Positions 59,804 through 64,000 of a stretch of 64,000 nt of DNA are shown one piece after another. Source of the stretch: an uncultured Verrucomicrobiae bacterium (lineage in GTDB: Bacteria; Verrucomicrobiota; Verrucomicrobiia; Limisphaerales; Palsa-1400); assembly GCA_963702845.1 (NCBI GenBank), contig OY969763.1, forward strand, positions 3,840,001-3,904,000. The letters run 5' to 3'. The translations under genes and the position numbers were made by a program. A model generated the notes under the pieces. That model saw nothing but the letters and a program-made list of their open reading frames with translations. It did not search any database and had not been told where the DNA came from. Within the stretch, counting starts at the first letter, position 1. Each line of letters starts with the position of its first letter.

Positions 59804-62093
59804 TTTCGTGCGCCCAAAGATTTCCAGAGATGTGTGTGAGCGCAGCCGATTTTTCAGTCAACGGAAAATCAAAATGCGGGTTGAAACCTTTTGGAACGTA
59901 GATGAATAGTTTTCCGCTGATGTCCGGCATCCGTTCGCATTGTCCCGATAGCGCATGGGCTTTGTCGTCCCACGCCAACTGTTTCATTTCGTGATAACCC
60001 TGCAACAAATGCATGTCCGTACCTACAATCTGCGGGTGATCGGATGCCTTATGTATCGCCAGGATGCGGCTCGTCTGTGGCGGTAAAGTTAATGTGAGCT
60101 TGTCGTGTTTAATTCCGAGGAACTGTTGGTCCCAAAACTCAAACACGGTCACGTCCTGATTTGTTTGGAATCCGAGGGTTAAAAAGTCGAGCGTCCGATC
60201 CTCAGATTTATTTTCGAAATTGAACAAGCCAACGATGTCCCATTCATCTGCATCGTTTTTACAATGCACACGCCAGATCGACGGAATCGCACGTTCGAAA
60301 AGATCAATCGGCTTCATCGGCGGATTTCCCGGTGGCAGGCATGCTTGCATCATGCGGATACGCGACGGCGGCAAATATTGAAACTCGTCGCTGAACGAAA
60401 TACTGCAGCCCGCCAAAGTCATAATCGCCAGACGCAGCCGCACCTCTTCCACATCCGCCTGCATGCGGACACTCATGTCGCAAACCTCGCGGTGGTAGTC
60501 GCGATCGTTCAACCAATAACCGGCAGCGAGCGAGCGGGCACTCGTGCGCAGGACTTCAATGTTCCCGTTTAAACCGGCATCCGATGTATCATTCCCGCCT
60601 ATGACACTGTCGGCGAGCCCTGCAGAAAGCACCGGCGGTGTTTGGCAATACCGGATCCACGCGTTCGTTCCCGCACCGCGCCGGAGAGCCTCCATCGCAC
60701 TGCGCAACACGCCCCAGCCGCGTGTCACTTTCGGATTGTTTTGAATGAATTGCTGCCCGCCGGATGCTGCGATGAAATCAATTTTGTAATAGCTCACGCC
60801 CCAGTCAGTGAGTTGTGCGAACGTTTTCTCGATCCACTTGGCTGCTTCCGGATTTGACGCATCGAGTTCGTAACAATTCGGGTTCGGTTTCCAATACCAT
60901 TTCCAATTCACCAGCGGTTGGCCGTTTCCGCCCTTTAACATCCACTCGCTATGTTTCTGGTATGTGTCACTCGGTTCAGCGACATCGGTGGGCGCAATCC
61001 AGGCGCCGAGCCTCAACCCATATCGTTCCTTCAACTGGTCGGACAACCAACGCAACCCATGCGGGAAACGTTCGTTCGGAACCCAATCACCAGTGATATC
61101 GCCGCGTTGCCAACCGTGGTCCATTTGCATGATTTCGAATCCAAGTGGCTTGAAATACTTCGCCGCCACCGCCGCATTCGCCAAGACAAGATCTTCGCTC
61201 ATCGCCATGCGATGCGCATACCAACTGCACCATAGCGCCGTGGCTTTGGTGCGCACGGGTTCTTGGGCAAACGCGGCGACAGCATCTCCATATTGTTCCA
61301 GCGAGACGTAACCGTTTGTGTTCGCGGTGACGTAAACGGGATCCAGCTCAAGCGATTCACCCGGACCAAGCAGCCGTTCATTGAACGCCTCATGCGCTAA
61401 CAATCTCGTGCCGCCTTTGCCGGTTTCAAACTTCGCGTTCAAATTTGGAAACCCCTGCAGCGTCGTTAAAAACCCAACCACAAGCCCGCTCGCCGGCTCA
61501 CGGCTCGACAGCCCGAGAAGGCTGCTACTGCTGTAATCTCGCTCTTTCGAACTGTCCGTGGGCAAACATTGCAGCTCGGAAAATCCGGCAACGTAAACCG
61601 ACGCCGGTGACATCGTCGGCTGGCCGATGCGCCAACCGATGTCGGTCGTCGCGTAGAGATCAACCATGTGCTGCGTGCCAAGGCTCACGTTCGCAGCAGT
61701 GGGGTTTCTAATGAGCGCAGAAATCGTGACGCCCGACCGATCGTCGTAAACGCGAAATGAGTTCAAGACTTCGATACCATTCGTCCACCGTTGCACAACT
61801 TCTGTCCCAGTGCCCCACTTGTCCTGAAACGTTTGGACCGATGCAGTTGCCATTGGAGCATGGAGGGTTTTACTGTCTACCTCCAACGCAAAGCTTGCCT
61901 TGTGAATTGACGCATCGACGCCAGACAACCAATCGGCACTCCAGGTGTTCGCTTTGCGTTCGAACGAAAAGCTAAGATAGTCGTTGCGCAGAATGATCTG
62001 CGAATCGACTTCTGAGCTCGATACGCCGGCATGTGCGGAGACAAGTGCGAGAAGGCAAATAGAAGCCCAGAGACGCGCGGCGTGATTGTGCAT
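59754..62093 (-). CDS. Alpha-galactosidase (GH27/GH36 clan)
   Basis: WCSWY, QMDHGWQ, RFPHGL, YYKIDF; signal peptide. Confidence 0.8.
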   Translation of the reverse strand: MHNHAARLWASICLLALVSAHAGVSSSEVDSQIILRNDYLSFSFERKANTWSADWLSGVDASIHKASFALEVDSKTLHAPMATASVQTFQDKWGTGTEVVQRWTNGIEVLNSFRVYDDRSGVTISALIRNPTAANVSLGTQHMVDLYATTDIGWRIGQPTMSPASVYVAGFSELQCLPTDSSKERDYSSSSLLGLSSREPASGLVVGFLTTLQGFPNLNAKFETGKGGTRLLAHEAFNERLLGPGESLELDPVYVTANTNGYVSLEQYGDAVAAFAQEPVRTKATALWCSWYAHRMAMSEDLVLANAAVAAKYFKPLGFEIMQMDHGWQRGDITGDWVPNERFPHGLRWLSDQLKERYGLRLGAWIAPTDVAEPSDTYQKHSEWMLKGGNGQPLVNWKWYWKPNPNCYELDASNPEAAKWIEKTFAQLTDWGVSYYKIDFIAASGGQQFIQNNPKVTRGWGVLRSAMEALRRGAGTNAWIRYCQTPPVLSAGLADSVIGGNDTSDAGLNGNIEVLRTSARSLAAGYWLNDRDYHREVCDMSVRMQADVEEVRLRLAIMTLAGCSISFSDEFQYLPPSRIRMMQACLPPGNPPMKPIDLFERAIPSIWRVHCKNDADEWDIVGLFNFENKSEDRTLDFLTLGFQTNQDVTVFEFWDQQFLGIKHDKLTLTLPPQTSRILAIHKASDHPQIVGTDMHLLQGYHEMKQLAWDDKAHALSGQCERMPDISGKLFIYVPKGFNPHFDFPLTEKSAALTHISGNLWAHEINFATVRQSWKIPFDR

Positions 62094-62186
62094 CGGGCGA
62101 TTGAACCAGATTCGAAGGTGGTTGGACAAGCTGTGGTTAAATTCAAGTTGGTTGAGTCGGTGGCGCAGGTTATGTCTTAAGTAGTT

Positions 62187-62828
62187 ATGATTGACGTTGA
62201 AACATTGCGGCGCGAATACACTCAGGGGTCGTTGGATGTTACCGATCTCAAACCCAATCCATTCGATCAGTTCACTATCTGGTTCGAGCAGGCCTGCAAC
62301 GCGCAGTTGCAGGACCCGAACGCGATGAGTGTCGCGACCGTTTCGGCACAAGGTCAGCCCAGTCTGCGCACCGTGCTGATGAAGCACTATGACCAGGACG
62401 GCTTTGTTTTCCTCACCAATTACGAGAGCCGTAAAGCGCGCGAGATCAGTGAGAACTCAAATGTTGCACTGATGTTCCCGTGGCTGGCGCTGGAACGACA
62501 GGTCATCATCACAGGGACTGCCACGAAGATTTCCACGAGTGAAGCACTGAAATATTTTCTCAAACGGCCAACGGAGAGCCAGATCAGCGCGTGGGCGTCG
62601 CCGCAAAGTCGGATCGTCGAGTCGCGCAAAGTGCTTCAAATGATGTGGGACAAAATGAAGCAGAAATATGCCGACGGCAAAGTTCCCCTGCCCTCGTTCT
62701 GGGGCGGTTACCGAGTTGCACCGAAAACGGTTGAATTCTGGCAAGGCCGCAAAAACCGTTTGCACGATCGCTTTCTTTATTCCCGGCAACTCGATAATTC
62801 GTGGGCCGTAAACCGGCTTGGACCTTAG
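62187..62828 (+). CDS. pdxH: Pyridoxamine 5'-phosphate oxidase
   Basis: LRREY, PNAMSVAT, TNYESRK, FWGGYR, EFWQGRKNRLHDR. Confidence 0.96.
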   Translation: MIDVETLRREYTQGSLDVTDLKPNPFDQFTIWFEQACNAQLQDPNAMSVATVSAQGQPSLRTVLMKHYDQDGFVFLTNYESRKAREISENSNVALMFPWLALERQVIITGTATKISTSEALKYFLKRPTESQISAWASPQSRIVESRKVLQMMWDKMKQKYADGKVPLPSFWGGYRVAPKTVEFWQGRKNRLHDRFLYSRQLDNSWAVNRLGP

Positions 62829-62903
62829 TTGATTTGCGTCAAGGCGTTTCGCGCGAGGCTTCCGTCAAATAAGTTGTTGAACCAACAACTGACCACCAAC
62901 GTT

Positions 62904-64000
62904 ATGCCCACGCGATTCACCACCACGCCACGCGTCTGTCGATTCATTCTGCTGCTTCTGCTCGTCGCCTGCGCGCGACTTACCTTCGCCGCGCCCGATC
63001 TGGAACAAGGATTTCGCCAGCCGCCTAACTCCGCGCGTCCGTGGGTTTATTGGTTTTGGCTCAACGGCAATTTGTCACGAGAAGGCATCACCGCCGACCT
63101 CGAAGCGATGCAGCGCGTGGGCATCGGCGGCGTGCTCATCATGGAAGTGGATCAAGGCGCGCCCAAAGGCGATGCAGATTTCGGCGGAGCGAAATGGCGC
63201 GGTTTGTTCAAGCACGTGCTCGCCGAGGCCCATCGTCTCGGGCTGCAAGTAAATATGAACAATGACGCCGGTTGGTGCGGTAGTGGAGGTCCGTGGATCA
63301 CGCCTGAACTGGCGATGCAAAAACTCGTTTGGACAAATGTTGATGTCAAAGGGCCGAGCAAGTTCGACCAGTCGTTGCCCCAACCTCAGTCGGTCGCGAA
63401 CTATTATAAAGACGTTGTCGTGTTTGCATTCCCGAAGACCGGCTCGTATCGCATCGACAGCATCCAGGGGAAGTCAGCGTTTATCCCGCAGCACGCGCAA
63501 CCGCAACCGCTCACGTTTCCGACTGTTGAAAAACCCGACGTCATCGACCAAAACCAAATCGTCCAACTCACTGCAAAGATGGGCGCGGATGGACATCTAA
63601 CGTGGGATGTGCCGGCCGGCCAATGGACCATCCTGCGCATGGGCCATACACCGACCGGCAAAGACAATCATCCCGCGCCAGAACCTGGCCGCGGGCTCGA
63701 GTCCGACAAACTCAGCAAGAAAGCTACAGAAGTGATGTTCGATGGGTTGATGAAAAAAAATCATCACCGACTCACCGGCGCTTGTTCCGAGCGCCCTCGT
63801 TTCAACTCACATCGACAGTTGGGAAACCGGCTCACAAAATTGGTCGCGGCTGTTCCGCGAGGATTTCAAACGGCTCCACGGATACGATCCGCTGCCCTAT
63901 TTGCCTGTCGTCACCGGCCGCGTCGTGGACAGCCTCGCGAATTCGGAACGATTTCTATGGGACCTGCGCCAAACCGTTTCCGATTTAGTGATTGAGAATT
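62904..64000 (+). CDS. Alpha-L-rhamnosidase-like glycoside hydrolase (GH106), partial; frameshift in the A8 run 63753-63760
   Basis: RPWVYWFWLNGN, ITADLEAM, GWCGSGGPWI, GLESDKLS; removing one A restores KKIITD...THIDSWETGSQNW. Confidence 0.85.

Noticed and set aside
4968..64000. Frameshifts in the DegT gene, HEXXH-JAB, ftsW, greA, rsmB, the phosphatase and GH106 as programmed frameshifting or pseudogenisation
   Set aside because: They are scattered single-base indels, several in homopolymer or dinucleotide runs, hit an essential gene (ftsW) and show no other decay; long-read consensus error is the simplest explanation.

Overview
Bacterial chromosomal window, probably Verrucomicrobiota (inferred from a type IV prepilin-like gene, a long Chlamydia-type GreA, a LysM gene inside the dcw cluster and the FtsZ tail). 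1-25 kb is an accessory region: secreted and membrane hypothetical proteins, a DegT-family aminotransferase, CPA2 antiporter, orphan histidine kinase, MFS transporter, phosphatase-cytochrome c' fusion, HEXXH-JAB protein, DUF504, arylsulfatase and a WG-repeat protein. 25.2-42.3 kb is the minus-strand dcw cluster (mraZ, orf, rsmH, ftsL, ftsI, stub, murF, mraY, stub, lysM, ftsW, murG, murB, ddl, ftsQ, ftsA, ftsZ). It lacks murC, murD and murE, and short stub ORFs occupy the murE and murD slots. 42.5-64 kb holds housekeeping and carbohydrate genes (queA, PduO-type adenosyltransferase, pgsA-like, bcp, greA, rsmB, nnrS, glycoside hydrolases, pdxH). The most unexplained non-coding structure is a dispersed element (sigma70 promoter, hairpin, boxA-like motif, 10-bp-phased repeat array) found as two homologous inverted copies (13.85-14.46 kb and 55.24-55.55 kb), with architecturally similar loci at 0.8-1.0 kb and 23.3-23.7 kb. 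Several single-base frameshifts, including one in ftsW, look like sequencing indels. All calls come from reading the sequence by eye; no database searches were run.
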